A DNA stretch of 64,000 nucleotides from an uncultured Collinsella sp. (GTDB lineage Bacteria > Actinomycetota > Coriobacteriia > Coriobacteriales > Coriobacteriaceae). The position numbers and the translations under genes are program-made. Below, piece after piece: positions 1 through 13,314 of the stretch (positions are counted from its first letter, which is position 1; every line of letters begins with the position of its first letter). The notes under the pieces are model-generated. The model saw nothing but the letters and a program-made list of their open reading frames with translations, had not been told where the DNA came from and made no database searches. The stretch is taken from the NCBI GenBank assembly GCA_902496455.1, contig CABVAY010000007.1, positions 422 to 64,421 on the forward strand, in the 5' to 3' direction.

Positions 1-1
1 C

Positions 2-844
2 GACGTCGTGGCCGACGCCATCGCTCGCGAGGTCGATCCATCCAAGCCCCTCGGCATCGATACCGTCATGCGCTCCGGCTTTTTGATGCCGCTCATGGAT
101 CGTCACGCCGCCAGCGAGTTTTTCCTGGGCGACTTTGCCGTCACCGCCGCACGCACCCACAAGGATGCCGTCGAGCAGGAGCTGATGCGCGCGTCCTCGG
201 CCGCCAACGACGCTGTGATGGCCGACGCCATCAAACTCGTCCACGAGGGCGTGACGGAGCGCGAAATTGCCGACCAGATGCTCGGTCTGTACCGCAATCA
301 CGGCTGCGAGGACTTTAGCTTTCCGCCCATCGTGAGCTTTGGCGCCAACGCCGGCGACCCGCACCACGAGCCCGACGATACCGTGCTCAAACGCGGCGAC
401 GTGGTGCTGTTCGATATTGGCGGACGTCACCGCAACTACTGCTCGGACATGACACGCACATTCTTTTGGGGCGAGCCGGACGAGGAGACGGCGCGCATCT
501 ACGATATCGTGCGCCGCGCCAACGAGGCCGCCGAGGCGCTCATCGCCCCGGGCGTGCGTATGTGCGACCTAGACCGCGTCGCGCGCGACGTGATTGAGGA
601 TGCGGGCTATGGGCAGTACTTTACGCACCGCCTGGGACACTCGATCGGCCTGCAAGACCACGAGCCGGGCGATGTCTCACTCGTCAACGAGCAGGTCGTA
701 GAGCCGGGCATGACGTTCTCTATCGAACCGGGCATCTACCTCCCCGGCCACACCGGCGTCCGCATCGAGGACCTGGCCCTAGTGACCGAGTCTGGCGTCG
801 AGATTCTCAATGCCTACTCCCACGATCCGACCCGCCTAGACTAG
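2..844 (+). CDS. Xaa-Pro dipeptidase / aminopeptidase P-like M24B metallopeptidase, C-terminal part (5' end lies outside the window)
   Basis: The reading frame is open to the window edge. It carries pita-bread metal-ligand motifs: FDIGG..YCSDMTRT, HRLGHSIGLQDHEPG, EPGIY, RIED. Confidence 0.85.
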   Translation, partial: DVVADAIAREVDPSKPLGIDTVMRSGFLMPLMDRHAASEFFLGDFAVTAARTHKDAVEQELMRASSAANDAVMADAIKLVHEGVTEREIADQMLGLYRNHGCEDFSFPPIVSFGANAGDPHHEPDDTVLKRGDVVLFDIGGRHRNYCSDMTRTFFWGEPDEETARIYDIVRRANEAAEALIAPGVRMCDLDRVARDVIEDAGYGQYFTHRLGHSIGLQDHEPGDVSLVNEQVVEPGMTFSIEPGIYLPGHTGVRIEDLALVTESGVEILNAYSHDPTRLD

Positions 845-867
845 CCTGGTCCCCAAGCCCCCAAACT

Positions 868-935
868 AAGTTGCGGTGGAATAGTTCCTGGATGGGCTGC
901 TAGAGCCCAAAAACAGGAACTATTTCACCGCAACT
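868..935. repeat. REP-like palindromic intergenic repeat, family 1, copy 1
   Basis: Termini AAGTTGCGGTGGAATAGTTCCTG ... CAGGAACTATTTCACCGCAACT form an inverted repeat. It lies between the convergent stop codons at 844 and 951. One of six copies in the window. Confidence 0.9.
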
Positions 936-950
936 GATGAGGGGGATGGG

Positions 951-2294
951 TTAACGGAGCAGGCCGGCAACTTCGCCGGCCAGGGTGATGGTGCCGGCTG
1001 CTACGAAAGGCTCGTCCGCGGCTTCGAAAGCTGCGAGAGCCTCGGATACGCTGGGGTACACGCCCGCAAGCTTGTCGGCATCCACCAGGGCAGCGAGTTC
1101 CTCTGCCGGTAGGGCGCGATCGGAATCGGTCTGGGTCACGACTACGCGCGGGAAGGCCGGAATCAGCACGTCGACGATGCCCGCCACGTCCTTGTCGGCC
1201 AGCGCGGCGCACAGCAGCGTGGGGCGATTCTCCACGCACGGGTCGATCTCGTCCAGCGCGCTCACAAAGTTCTCGCAGCTCTGGGGATTATGGCAGGCGT
1301 CGATCAGCTTGAGCGGATCGGTTCCCAGCACATCAAAGCGACCCGGCGTGGGACAGCCCGCAAGCGAAGCGTCGAGCGCATCATGGTCGAGCTCGCGACC
1401 CAGATAGCCCTCGCACAGCATAATCGCGCACGCGGCATTCTGCGGCTGATACGCCGGCTTGACCATACTCGACGTATAGATCGCGCGCGGCGTGGTGCAG
1501 CTAAACTCCACCGTATCGCCCACGTGTGCCGGAAGTTTGGTCGTCGTATGGCTCACCACGAGCGGCACAGCGCCGCACTCACGGCAACGGGCATCCATCA
1601 CGCATTGAACGCTTGCCTCATGCGTGCCCTCGCCCAAAACAACCAAACGCCCAGGCTTAATAACCGCAGCCTTCTCCCCCGCAATGGCCTCGAGGGTATC
1701 GCCAAGGACCTTCGTATGGTCGAGTCCAATGCCCGTAATGGCGACGGCCACGGGATCAGTCGCACTCGTAGCATCCCATCGTCCGCCCATGCCAACCTCA
1801 AGCACGGCCACGTCCACACAAGCCTCGGCAAACATAGTCAAACCAGCCACGGACAAAAGATCGAAGGGCGTAATAGAACGAAGCTCCTGGCCCGCCGCCT
1901 CACGACGTGCGTTGAGACGACGACCTGCCTCATACGCCGCAGAGACACCATGGGCAAAGACCTCGTCCGAGACGACCTTTCCATCAATCTCCATACGCTC
2001 GGGATAGCGCACCAGATGAGGAGACGTAAAGAGTGCCGTCTTAAGGCCCTCACCACGAAGAATGGCAGCCGAGAATCGCGTCGTCGAGGTCTTTCCATTG
2101 GTACCGGCTATCTGGACGCAATCATAGAACTCGTCAGGACGACCAAGCTCATCGAGCATCTCGACGACAGTCTCGAGCAGCGGCGTGGAATAACGCGCAA
2201 TCTTGCCCGTATCGGCCGCAAGTGCAACAGCCTCATCAAAAGAAAGCTCCGGAACCTCAAACGGCACCGAATACAACCCAGAACGCTTAGCCAT
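951..2294 (-). CDS. folC: Bifunctional folylpolyglutamate synthase / dihydrofolate synthase
   Basis: Mur-ligase P-loop GTNGKTST and FolC-like domain order. I chose the ATG at 2294 (MAKRSGLYSVPFE) rather than the longer ORF start at 2399. Confidence 0.85.
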   Translation of the reverse strand: MAKRSGLYSVPFEVPELSFDEAVALAADTGKIARYSTPLLETVVEMLDELGRPDEFYDCVQIAGTNGKTSTTRFSAAILRGEGLKTALFTSPHLVRYPERMEIDGKVVSDEVFAHGVSAAYEAGRRLNARREAAGQELRSITPFDLLSVAGLTMFAEACVDVAVLEVGMGGRWDATSATDPVAVAITGIGLDHTKVLGDTLEAIAGEKAAVIKPGRLVVLGEGTHEASVQCVMDARCRECGAVPLVVSHTTTKLPAHVGDTVEFSCTTPRAIYTSSMVKPAYQPQNAACAIMLCEGYLGRELDHDALDASLAGCPTPGRFDVLGTDPLKLIDACHNPQSCENFVSALDEIDPCVENRPTLLCAALADKDVAGIVDVLIPAFPRVVVTQTDSDRALPAEELAALVDADKLAGVYPSVSEALAAFEAADEPFVAAGTITLAGEVAGLLR

Positions 2295-2454
2295 AACCCA
2301 AAGTCTCCCATAACAGAAAAAGAGGCCCACCAATAAGAATGAGCCCCTCGCGTTGACAATTTCAGCCTTTACCCGATTGCAGCGAGAACAAGGCCACAAC
2401 CAAGTGGCCCTAACCTACCAGTTGCAAACAACCACGTAAACGAACTAGGAGCGG

Positions 2455-2555
2455 CCCGATGCTTTGCTCGCCGCAAGTTCCGCACGCAAAGGACAGCACT
2501 TAATGTGCTGTCCGTCTTGCGCAGGACTGTCCGCAGCGGAGAGCAAAGCATCGGG
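2455..2555. repeat. Long imperfect palindrome, family 2, copy A (3' of valS)
   Basis: Outer 15-bp stem CCCGATGCTTTGCTC/GAGCAAAGCATCGGG and inner stem around GGACAGCAC-TTAA-TGTGCTGTCC. It aligns with the reverse complement of the element at 5292-5404. Confidence 0.75.
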
Positions 2556-2574
2556 ACGCGCCCCTCAGTAACGC

Positions 2575-5271
<2,697 letters not shown>

Positions 5272-5291
5272 ATATCTCTCCCTGTCCCGCC

Positions 5292-5404
5292 GGCGTGTCC
5301 GCCTGCTTGGTTTTCGCTCGGTCAGGTCCTGGCTCGCACGAAGAGCACATTAAGTGCTCTTCGGCTCGTGCGGAATCTACGAAAACCAGGCAGGCGGACA
5401 CGCC
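5292..5404. repeat. Long imperfect palindrome, family 2, copy B (5' of valS, opposite orientation to copy A)
   Basis: Outer stem GGCGTGTCCGCCTGCTTGGTTTTCG / CGAAAACCAGGCAGGCGGACACGCC and inner stem GAAGAGCAC-ATTAA-GTGCTCTTC. It shares the TTCCGCACG..AGCACTTAATGTGCT..CAGGAC core with copy A. Confidence 0.75.
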
Positions 5405-5493
5405 TTAGGTATCGATTACTTCAGTCTGAATTGACTTCGCTTTGGCTTAAACAAACACACAGAATAGCACAGGTAGTTGGGGTTATTGCGTAT

Positions 5494-5533
5494 CTATAAA
5501 ATAGCCTCCGACCGCGGATGGTCAGAGGCTATT
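5494..5533 (-). terminator. Intrinsic terminator downstream of clpX
   Basis: 14-bp stem AATAGCCTCTGACC/GGTCGGAGGCTATT followed by UUUAUAG on the minus strand. Confidence 0.7.
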
Positions 5534-5555
5534 TGCAAACACGTTTTAGGCTGGT

Positions 5556-6971
5556 TTAGCCGTAGATACGCTGGGGCTGTTCTTCGCCCTTTACGGAGGC
5601 TTCGGTCACGATGACCTTGGTGACGCCCTCCTCACTGGGGAGGTCGAACATCGTCTGCTGCAGCACGTCCTCGCAGATGGAGCGCAGGCCGCGGGCGCCG
5701 GTCTTGCGGGCAAGCGCCATGCGGGCAATCTCGTGCAGGGCGGCGTCCTCAAACTCAAGCTCAACGTCTTCGAGCTGGAACATCTTGCGGTACTGACGCA
5801 CAACGGCGTTCTTTGGCTCGGTCAGGATCGACACCAGGTCGTCCTCGTCGAGCGCCTGTGTCTGGGTGACGACGGGCGTACGTCCCACAAACTCGGGGAT
5901 CATACCAAAGGCGTTGAGGTCCTGCGGGAGCACCTGACGCAGCAGGTCGTTCTCGTCGACCGAGGTGGGGCCGGCGATCTCGGAGTTAAAGCCCACGCCC
6001 TTGTTGCCCACGCGATCGGCGATAATCTTGTCCAGACCCACAAAGGCACCGCCGCAGATAAACAAGATATTGGTCGTGTCGATCTGCAGCAGCTCCTGCT
6101 GGGGGTGCTTGCGGCCGCCGGTGGGCGGAACGCTTGCCACCGTGCCCTCAAGGATCTTAAGCAGCGCCTGCTGAACGCCCTCGCCCGAAACGTCGCGGGT
6201 GATGGAGAGGTTCTCGGCCTTGCGGGCGATCTTGTCGATCTCGTCCACGTAGATGATGCCGACCTGCGCACGCTCGATATCGCCATCGGCAGCATTGATG
6301 AGCTTGAGCAGGATGTTCTCCACGTCCTCGCCCACGTAACCGGCCTCGGTGAGTGCGGTGGCGTCGGCGATGGCAAACGGCACCTCGAGGATGCGCGCGA
6401 GCGTCTGGGCGAGCAAGGTCTTACCGGTACCGGTGGGACCGAGCAGCAAGATGTTGGACTTGGCGAGCTCCACCTCGTCCATATCGTAGTCGAGCCGCGA
6501 GCCCGCACCCGAGGCCTCGTCAAAGGCCGAAAGCGCGGCGCCACCCTCGATCACGCGACGGTAGTGGTTGTACACGGCAACCGACATGGCGCGCTTGGCG
6601 TCTTCCTGACCCATGACATAGGCCGAAAGCTCGTCATAGATCTCGTGCGGGGTCGGCACGTGCGTGATGACCTGACGCACGTCGTCCTCGAGCTCAAAGC
6701 CCTCGGCCTCGGGATCCATGGCAGGCTGCCCGGCAGCCTGACCGTGGTCGTTGAGGAAGCCCGGCAGCTTGCCGTTGCAGGCGGCATCCATAAAGTCCGA
6801 AGCCAGCGACTCCTCCAAGATCTCGGAGCAGGCGGCAACGCACTCGTCGCAGATAAAGATGTTGGTAGGGCCCTTTACAAGGCGGCGCACCTGACCCTGC
6901 TCTTTTCCGCAGAAGGAGCAGCGGATGGGGTTGCCGTTCTCGTCAAAGTTGTCCTGCATGTTACCGGCCAT
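5556..6971 (-). CDS. clpX: ATP-dependent Clp protease ATP-binding subunit ClpX
   Basis: N-terminal zinc-binding CSFCGK..CDEC, Walker A GPTGTGKT, Walker [10 protein letters not shown]. The ATG at 6971 (MAGNMQ) lies directly after the clpP stop. Confidence 0.97.
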   Translation of the reverse strand: MAGNMQDNFDENGNPIRCSFCGKEQGQVRRLVKGPTNIFICDECVAACSEILEESLASDFMDAACNGKLPGFLNDHGQAAGQPAMDPEAEGFELEDDVRQVITHVPTPHEIYDELSAYVMGQEDAKRAMSVAVYNHYRRVIEGGAALSAFDEASGAGSRLDYDMDEVELAKSNILLLGPTGTGKTLLAQTLARILEVPFAIADATALTEAGYVGEDVENILLKLINAADGDIERAQVGIIYVDEIDKIARKAENLSITRDVSGEGVQQALLKILEGTVASVPPTGGRKHPQQELLQIDTTNILFICGGAFVGLDKIIADRVGNKGVGFNSEIAGPTSVDENDLLRQVLPQDLNAFGMIPEFVGRTPVVTQTQALDEDDLVSILTEPKNAVVRQYRKMFQLEDVELEFEDAALHEIARMALARKTGARGLRSICEDVLQQTMFDLPSEEGVTKVIVTEASVKGEEQPQRIYG

Positions 6972-6972
6972 C

Positions 6973-7593
6973 CTAGGCGTCCTTCGCGGCAAGATCGCGC
7001 GAGGTGACAATACGGTCGATCAGGCCGTAGTCAAGCGCCTCGGCAGCGGTCAGGTAGTTGTCGCGCTCGGTATCGGCCTGGACCTTCTCGATCGGCTGGC
7101 CCGAGGCGTCGGACAAGATCTGGTTGAGCTCGCGACGGGTCTTCTTGATCTCCTCGGCCACGATCTCGATCTCGGTCTGCTGACCCTGGGCACCGCCACT
7201 GGGCTGGTGAATCATGACCTTGGAGTGCGGCAGGCAGAAGCGCTTGCCCTTGGCGCCGGCCGAAAGCAGCACGGCGGCCATAGACGCGGCCATACCGACG
7301 CAAATGGTGGAGACCTGCGGCTTGATAAAGTTCATGGTATCCAGAATCGCCAGGCCGGAGTAGACCTCGCCACCGGGCGAATTGATGTAGAGCGAGATAT
7401 CCTTCTCGGCATCCTGGCTCTCAAGATGCAGCAGCTGGGCAACGACCAGGTTGGCGCTGACGGAGTTGATCTCCTCGCCCAAGAAGATGATGCGGTCGTT
7501 GAGCAGGCGCGAATAGATATCGTAGCTGCGCTCGCCGCGCGGCGTCTGCTCGATAACGTATGGCACGAGGGCGGAATCGAACTTAGCGATCAT
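6973..7593 (-). CDS. clpP: ATP-dependent Clp protease proteolytic subunit
   Basis: [11 protein letters not shown] and the [11 protein letters not shown] serine motif. The ATG at 7593 is preceded by GGAGA at 5 nt; the longer ORF reaches 7623. Confidence 0.95.
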   Translation of the reverse strand: MIAKFDSALVPYVIEQTPRGERSYDIYSRLLNDRIIFLGEEINSVSANLVVAQLLHLESQDAEKDISLYINSPGGEVYSGLAILDTMNFIKPQVSTICVGMAASMAAVLLSAGAKGKRFCLPHSKVMIHQPSGGAQGQQTEIEIVAEEIKKTRRELNQILSDASGQPIEKVQADTERDNYLTAAEALDYGLIDRIVTSRDLAAKDA

Positions 7594-7632
7594 ACGCATC
7601 TCCATTTCTCTCTTGCGGACCAAATTGGTTCT

Positions 7633-7680
7633 AGATAAACGTACGGTGCCCGCATGCTATGCATTGGCTGGCACCGTACG
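7633..7680 (-). terminator. Hairpin/terminator downstream of tig
   Basis: 11-bp stem CGTACGGTGCC/GGCACCGTACG followed by UUUAUCU on the minus strand; the loop is large (19 nt). Confidence 0.5.
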
Positions 7681-7756
7681 AAGCAACCGAATGACCGGTT
7701 TATAACTTTACCCCATCACGGGCGCCTGCATGCGCTCGCGGGAAAGGTGGCGAGAA

Positions 7757-9055
7757 TTACTCGGCGTCCTTGGCGGTCTCGTCGACCTCGGTCACCTTGG
7801 CGTTCTCGACCAGGTGGTCGACGGCCTTGGAGCGACGGATGGACTCGCGGACGGCAGGCATGCGTCCATCGGCGATGAACTCGGCCTTGGAAGCCTCGAC
7901 GTCCTTGACGCCGGCCTTCTCGAACTCGGCGTTGACGTCGTCCTCGGTAACCTCAATCTTGAGCTCGCGGGCGAGGGCGTCCAGAGCCAGGGACTCACGG
8001 GCAACGTCGTTGGCCTGCTTGTGCAGGTCGCCGATGAACTGCTCCATGGTCAGACCGGAAGCGGGCAGCCAGGTGTCCAGGGTCATGCCGCGGGCAGCGA
8101 GGTTGGACAGGAAGTTCTGGCCAAGCTCCTCAAAGACGGACTGCTCGTAGTCGGCGTCCATCTCGTCGAGCTGCAGGCGCTCGGCGAGAGCGGAGACGCA
8201 ACGGTTCTCCTTCTCGGCCGGGAGGCGGGAAGCCTTGTCCTGCTCGATCTCGATCTTGATGGCGTCGCGCATAGCGTCGATGCTGTCGAAGCCGAAGTCG
8301 GACTTGACGAGCTCGTCGGTGAGCTCGGGGGTGTTGCGGACCTTGATGCCCTTGACGGTGACCTCGACGGTGTGGGTCTCGGCCTCCTCGCCCTCCTCGA
8401 CCTCGTCGGTCCAGGTGACGGTCTTGACGTCGTCAACGTTAGCGCCGATCAGGGCCTCGTTGAACTCCTTGGGGTTGCTGTCGCTACCGGCGATGAGCAT
8501 GCGGCCCTCGGCGGCAAAGTTGTCGGCGTTCTCGACGGCCTTGAGGTCGACGGTCACATAGTCGTCAGCCTCGACGGCGCGACCCTCGACGTCCTCGAAG
8601 GTGGCACGGTAGTTGAGGAGCATCTCGACCTGGTTGTTGATCTCGGACTCGGTGACCTCCGCAGGGGGCATCTCGATCTCGACGGCGCCGAAGGAGGAGA
8701 GCTCGGCAGCAGGACGCAGGGAGAACTCGACGGTGTAGGTGTAGTCCTCGTGATCCTTGGCGAGGTCGAGCTCCTTGTAGTCACCGTTCTTGGTGGGGAC
8801 GATGTCCAGCTCGTTGAGGACGGCGGGCTCGTTGGCGGCGATCAGGTCGTTGGTGGCCTGAGCGAGGGTAGCCTCGGCGCCAAGAGCGGAGTCGATGACC
8901 GGACGGGGAGCCTTACCGGCGCGGAAGCCCGGGAAGCGGTACTTCTTGGCGGTATCCTTGTAGGCCTTCTTGATCGCGGCGTCGACGTCGGCGGCCGGGA
9001 TGGTGACCGTAGCGGTGAGCTTGGCGTCCTTGACGTCAGAAGCGGTGATGTTCAA
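7757..9055 (-). CDS. tig: Trigger factor
   Basis: FPGFRAGKAPRPVI ribosome-binding motif and an acidic multi-domain body. The likely start is TTG at 9055, 6 nt after AGGAGG; alternatives are GTG 9058 and ATG 9070. The ORF-track start at 9112 is unlikely. Confidence 0.9.
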   Translation of the reverse strand: MNITASDVKDAKLTATVTIPAADVDAAIKKAYKDTAKKYRFPGFRAGKAPRPVIDSALGAEATLAQATNDLIAANEPAVLNELDIVPTKNGDYKELDLAKDHEDYTYTVEFSLRPAAELSSFGAVEIEMPPAEVTESEINNQVEMLLNYRATFEDVEGRAVEADDYVTVDLKAVENADNFAAEGRMLIAGSDSNPKEFNEALIGANVDDVKTVTWTDEVEEGEEAETHTVEVTVKGIKVRNTPELTDELVKSDFGFDSIDAMRDAIKIEIEQDKASRLPAEKENRCVSALAERLQLDEMDADYEQSVFEELGQNFLSNLAARGMTLDTWLPASGLTMEQFIGDLHKQANDVARESLALDALARELKIEVTEDDVNAEFEKAGVKDVEASKAEFIADGRMPAVRESIRRSKAVDHLVENAKVTEVDETAKDAE

Positions 9056-9146
9056 CACGTTCCTCCTCATACTGCCCAGCTTATCTGAGGTGCTGGTACC
9101 TTTATGCAACAAAGAGTCGCGACGGCCGAAGCCGACGCAGATGCGT

Positions 9147-9230
9147 TGGTGCGGGCGAAAGGACTCGAACCTTCACGGGAATCCCACCAGAACCTAAATC
9201 TGGCGCGTCTACCAATTCCGCCACGCCCGC
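9147..9230 (-). tRNA. tRNA-Leu (anticodon TAG)
   Basis: Cloverleaf GCGGGCG...CGCCCGCACCA, anticodon loop TT-TAG-GT, long variable arm, GGTTCGAGTCC T-arm, encoded CCA. Confidence 0.95.
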
Positions 9231-9315
9231 ATGAGCGCACAGACTAGGAATGATAGCAGATACGAACGGCAAGCGCACGCACACCTTTTACAAGCTCACG
9301 ACCTCACCACGAGTG

Positions 9316-9346
9316 CAAAAGGCGGGACGAGTTGCCCCGCCCCGCC
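9316..9346 (-). terminator. Putative intrinsic terminator after the Mo-hydroxylase gene
   Basis: GC stem GGCGGG/CCCGCC followed by UUUUG on the minus strand, about 25 nt after the stop at 9371. Confidence 0.5.
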
Positions 9347-9370
9347 AATTACGACTTGTTCGCTGACCTG

Positions 9371-12171
9371 TTACTCCCCCAGCAGGGCCTTCTCGGGCGT
9401 GATCGGCAGCGAGCGAACCTGGTGGCCGGTGGCGTGTGCCACGGCCGAGGCCACGGCGGCGAGCGGCGTGTTGATGACGACCTCACCGATCGACTTGGCG
9501 CCAAACGGGCCCGTCGGCTCGTAGCTCGGCTCAAAGGCCACGCGAATACTGCCGATATCCAGGCGCGTGGGCAGCTTGTAGCTCATAAAGTTGCCGGTGC
9601 GCAGGCGGCCGCGCTCATCATGCTCGACGATTTCGTAGAGCGCGTGGCCGATACCCTGGGCAATGCCGCCCTCGGCCTGGACGCGCGCGAGCGCCTCGTT
9701 GATCACGGTGCCGCAGTCCACAGCCGCCGCGTAGTCCACCACAGTCACCTTGCCGGTGGCCTTGTCGACCTCGACCTCGGCAATGCCGGCCATAAACGGC
9801 GGGGGCGAAACGGGCAGGCAGGCAGAGGCATGCGAGGTGAGCGCGTCGCCGCCTGCGATGTTCTTGACGCACAGGTTGGCAAAGTCGCGCAGCGTGAGGT
9901 AGCGGTTCTGCTCACGCGCGGCACGCTCGTCGGACAGACGCACGTACTGGCCATCAAAGACCACATCGGCGGCGTCCACGTCCCACATCTGGGCGGCCTT
10001 GGCGCAAATTTTCTCGCGCAGCTCCGTCGCGGCGTTCTTGGCTGCCAGGCCCGTCACGTACGTGCCCGAGCTCGCGTACGAGCCGGCGTCGAACGGCGAC
10101 ACGTCGGTGTCCACGCCGCGCACCACAATGAGCGAGCTTTCAACGCCCAGCTCCTCGGCGGCAATCTGCGCCAGGATCGTATCGACGCCCATGCCGTTAT
10201 CGGTGGCGCCGGTGCCGATGGTAATGAAGCCGTCCTCTTCCAGGCGCATGTCGATGCCGGCGATATCCACGTTAGAAATGCCCGAGCCCTGCATGGTGAG
10301 CGCACAGCCCAGGGCACGCACGCGGTCGCCCAGGTCGACGGCCAGCGGCTTGTCGCGCCAACCGATCATGTCCATCGCGCGCAGCAGGCAGCGGTCGAGC
10401 GCGCAGGCGTTGAGCTTTTCGTTGTAGTACTGCGGCATAATCTCGCCCTCGTGAACCATGTTCTTAAGACGCAGGTCGGCGGGATCCATGTGCAGCATGT
10501 CGGCGAGCTCGTTGACGGCACTCTCCACGGCAAACTGGCCCTGGGTGGCACCGTAGCCGCGATACGCACCGCCGCGGTTGGTATTGGTGTAGACGGCGTC
10601 CCAGCTAAAGCGGCTCGCCTTCACATGGTTGTAGATGGGCAGGCTCTTGTGGCCCGAAAGGCCGATCGTCGTGGTGGCATGCTCGCCATACGCGCCGGCG
10701 TTGGACAGCGTATGCAAGTCGATGGCCGTGATGGTGCCGTCGTTCATGGCACCCAGCTTGACGGTCATCTGCATCTGATGGCGCGAGTTGCCCGCGGTGA
10801 TGGTCTCCTCACGGGTGTAGCAGCAGTAGCTCGGACGGCCGATCTGCTGGGTCACGAACGCCACGAAGATCTCGCAGCAGCCCGTCTGCTTGGAGCCAAA
10901 GCCGCCGCCGATGCGCGGCTTAATGACCTGCACCTGCGACTGCGGGATATCGAGCGACTGCGCGACCATGCGGCGCACGTGGAAGGGCACCTGCGTGGAG
11001 GTGGTCACCGAGATACGCCCAAACGCGTCGGTCGTCGCGAAGGCGCGGAAGGTTTCCATGGGCGCGGTCTGCGTGGCCTGGCTGGTGTAGGTGCGGGTGA
11101 ACACGATGTCGCTCTGGGCGAACGCCTCGTCAAGGTTGCCAAAATCGCTGGTACCGCTGCACACCAGGTTGCGGGACACGTCGCCGCCCTGCGGGAACAT
11201 AAAGGTCACGTCGCCCTCGGGGTGGACCACGATGTCGTTATCGAGCGCCTGGGTAAAGTCGAGCAGCGGCTCGAGCACCTCATAGTCGACCTTGATGAGC
11301 TTGAGCGCCTTGTCGGCGGCCTCCTCAGTCTCGGCGGCGACGATCGCCACCTCCTCGTTTTGGTAACGGACGAGGTTCTCGAGAATCAGGCGGTCGTAGG
11401 GACTCGGCTGCGGATAGCTCTGGCCGGCGATGGTAAAGCGGCGCTTGGGCACGTCCTCGTAGGTGTAGACGCCCACCACACCGGGCACCTTCAGGGCGCG
11501 CGACGTATCGATGGAACGGATCTTGGCGCGGGCATAGGGGCTGCGCTTGAGCTTGACGATCAGGGCGCCGGCGGGCACCATGTCGCCCGTGTAGACGGGA
11601 CGACCCTCGAGCAGGGCCTTCGAGTCCTTCTTGGGCTGCTTCTTGGTGATCTGCTTGTACGCGACACCGTCGGAGCTCGTCTCGTTGACGGGCAGCTCGG
11701 GCATCTCAAAGCCAACCTGCACGCCGGACTCGTTGAGGAAGCGCACAATGGCGCGCAGCTGGCTTTCGTAGCCACTGCAACGGCAGAGGTTGCCGGCGAG
11801 CTGGCGCGAGAGCTCCTCGCGCGTGGCGACGAGGCTCGGGTCCTCCTTGGCGGCGCGGGCAAGCGCCAGCACGTTCATGATAAGGCCGGGGGCGCAAAAA
11901 CCGCACTGCTCGGCGCCTTCGGCAGCCATCGCACGGGCCAGCGCCTCAGACTCGGCTTTGAGGCCCTCGAGCGTGGTGATGGTGTGGCCCTCGACGCGAG
12001 CGGCGGGAGCCACACCGTGCACAGGCCGCAGTTGGTGGTCTCGCAGGCGCAGCGCACCGACGCGCAGCCCTGCTCGCGCAACAGCGCAAAGAGCATGGTA
12101 TCGGGGGCAATCTGAACCTTGACCTTGCGGTCGTTGAGCGTAAAGGAAAGATCGATGAGTTTGGCAGCCAT
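9371..12171 (-). pseudogene. Xanthine dehydrogenase/aldehyde oxidase-family molybdenum hydroxylase with fused [2Fe-2S] and MoCo-binding domains; the reading frame is broken inside the first [2Fe-2S] domain
   Basis: The N-terminus (MAAKLIDLSF..CETTNCGLCTV) is in the frame of ORF 11875-12171. The rest (EGHTITTLEGL, CGFCAPG, NLCRCSGY, RIGGGFGSKQ, FGAKSIGE) is in the frame of ORF 9371-12268. The span is 2801 nt, which is not a multiple of 3. Confidence 0.75.
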
Positions 12172-13085
12172 TAGCGCACCTCGCTAGAATCGACGCCGGG
12201 CACGCGGCGGCAGGAATACTCGTCCGTGGCAAACTTGGGGACCTGCACGGTCTCGAGCTCGCGGGCAAGCGCGGCAGAAAGCTCGATGCCGGCGGCGCGG
12301 CGCACGGCCTGGATGGCGAGCGGGGCCGAGATGCGGCGACGGTAGTCGGCCGAGCCCCAAAGGTTGGTGCCGTAGCTCAGGGAACGCACGGATGCGGCAA
12401 GGGCGCGAAGCTCGTCCTCGGAAGGCTGCTCGCTGGTGAGGCCAGATGCCTCGCCCTGCAGCAAGGTCGCGCGCAGCGGGCGGGCGCCCACGGTGACGTG
12501 CCAGGAGCCGTCCCACCAGGCGGCGGTAACGTTCAGCGAGGGGAAGTCGGTCGCGGCCTTGCGCACGGCCTCGTAGCTCGCACGGTAATCGTGCTTGACG
12601 ACCACGACGCGCTCGATCACGTCACGTACGTAGCCCATGTCCACGAACTCCGCGAGCGGCACGCGGCCGGCGCCCGTCAGCTCAACATAGGAATCGAGCG
12701 CCAAAAAGGCCGAGAGCACGTCCGAAAAACCAAAGCGGCCGTAGATGCTGCCGCCCACCGTGGCGGTATTGCGCAGCTGCACGCCTACAATATCGTGGAC
12801 GGCGAACTCAAAGACATGGTTGACAAGCGCGTTGAGCCCGGTATGGCGCTCGATCTGGCGCAGGGTGCACATGGCACCGATGCGAAACTCGGTCTCGGTC
12901 TCCTCGATCTGATCGAGTCCGCAGGCCGAAAGGTCAATCGCCGTCGCCACGCGACGCGAACCCAGGCGCATCCAGATGCCGCCTCCCACAATCTTGTTGT
13001 TGCGGTTCTTCTGTAAGAGCTCATAGGCTTCGGCCGCGTTTCCAACACGGACGTAGGTACCGAACTTGAGCACGTTCTCCCCCAT
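12171..13085 (-). CDS. FAD-binding subunit of a molybdenum hydroxylase (CoxM/XdhB-like)
   Basis: 304 aa with the layout of a molybdopterin-dehydrogenase FAD-binding domain. Its stop overlaps the downstream ATG (TAATG), indicating translational coupling. Confidence 0.75.
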   Translation of the reverse strand: MGENVLKFGTYVRVGNAAEAYELLQKNRNNKIVGGGIWMRLGSRRVATAIDLSACGLDQIEETETEFRIGAMCTLRQIERHTGLNALVNHVFEFAVHDIVGVQLRNTATVGGSIYGRFGFSDVLSAFLALDSYVELTGAGRVPLAEFVDMGYVRDVIERVVVVKHDYRASYEAVRKAATDFPSLNVTAAWWDGSWHVTVGARPLRATLLQGEASGLTSEQPSEDELRALAASVRSLSYGTNLWGSADYRRRISAPLAIQAVRRAAGIELSAALARELETVQVPKFATDEYSCRRVPGVDSSEVR

Positions 13086-13167
13086 CTCTTCACTTGTCCA
13101 GTATTTTTAAGTGTACCAAACGAGGGGCCGCACACCGTTTTAGGACAAAATCCACCCACCCATCCAT

Positions 13168-13237
13168 AACTTGCGGTGATATACGGACTGATTAGCCGTT
13201 CTGGGGCGCTAAACAGTCCGTATTTCACCGCAAGTTA
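13168..13237. repeat. REP-like palindromic repeat, family 1, copy 2 (variant stem)
   Basis: AACTTGCGGTGATATACGGACTG ... CAGTCCGTATTTCACCGCAAGTT. Confidence 0.85.
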
Positions 13238-13254
13238 TGAGGAGTCCTCCGGGA

Positions 13255-13287
13255 TAGAAAAGGCTCCCAGCCAGATAGCTGGGAGCC
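13255..13287 (-). terminator. Intrinsic terminator of gdhA
   Basis: Stem GGCTCCCAGC/GCTGGGAGCC followed by UUUUCUAU on the minus strand, 28 nt after the stop. Confidence 0.75.
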
Positions 13288-13314
13288 TCATCACATGCTA
13301 TGTCGAGCGAAGAT

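Noticed and set aside
5272-5555. Possible T-box leader upstream of valS.
   Set aside because: I found no T-box consensus (AAUUGGGUGGUACCGCG-like), no specifier-loop/AGAGA features and no terminator/antiterminator pair. The structure present is the family-2 palindrome, which also occurs 3' of valS.
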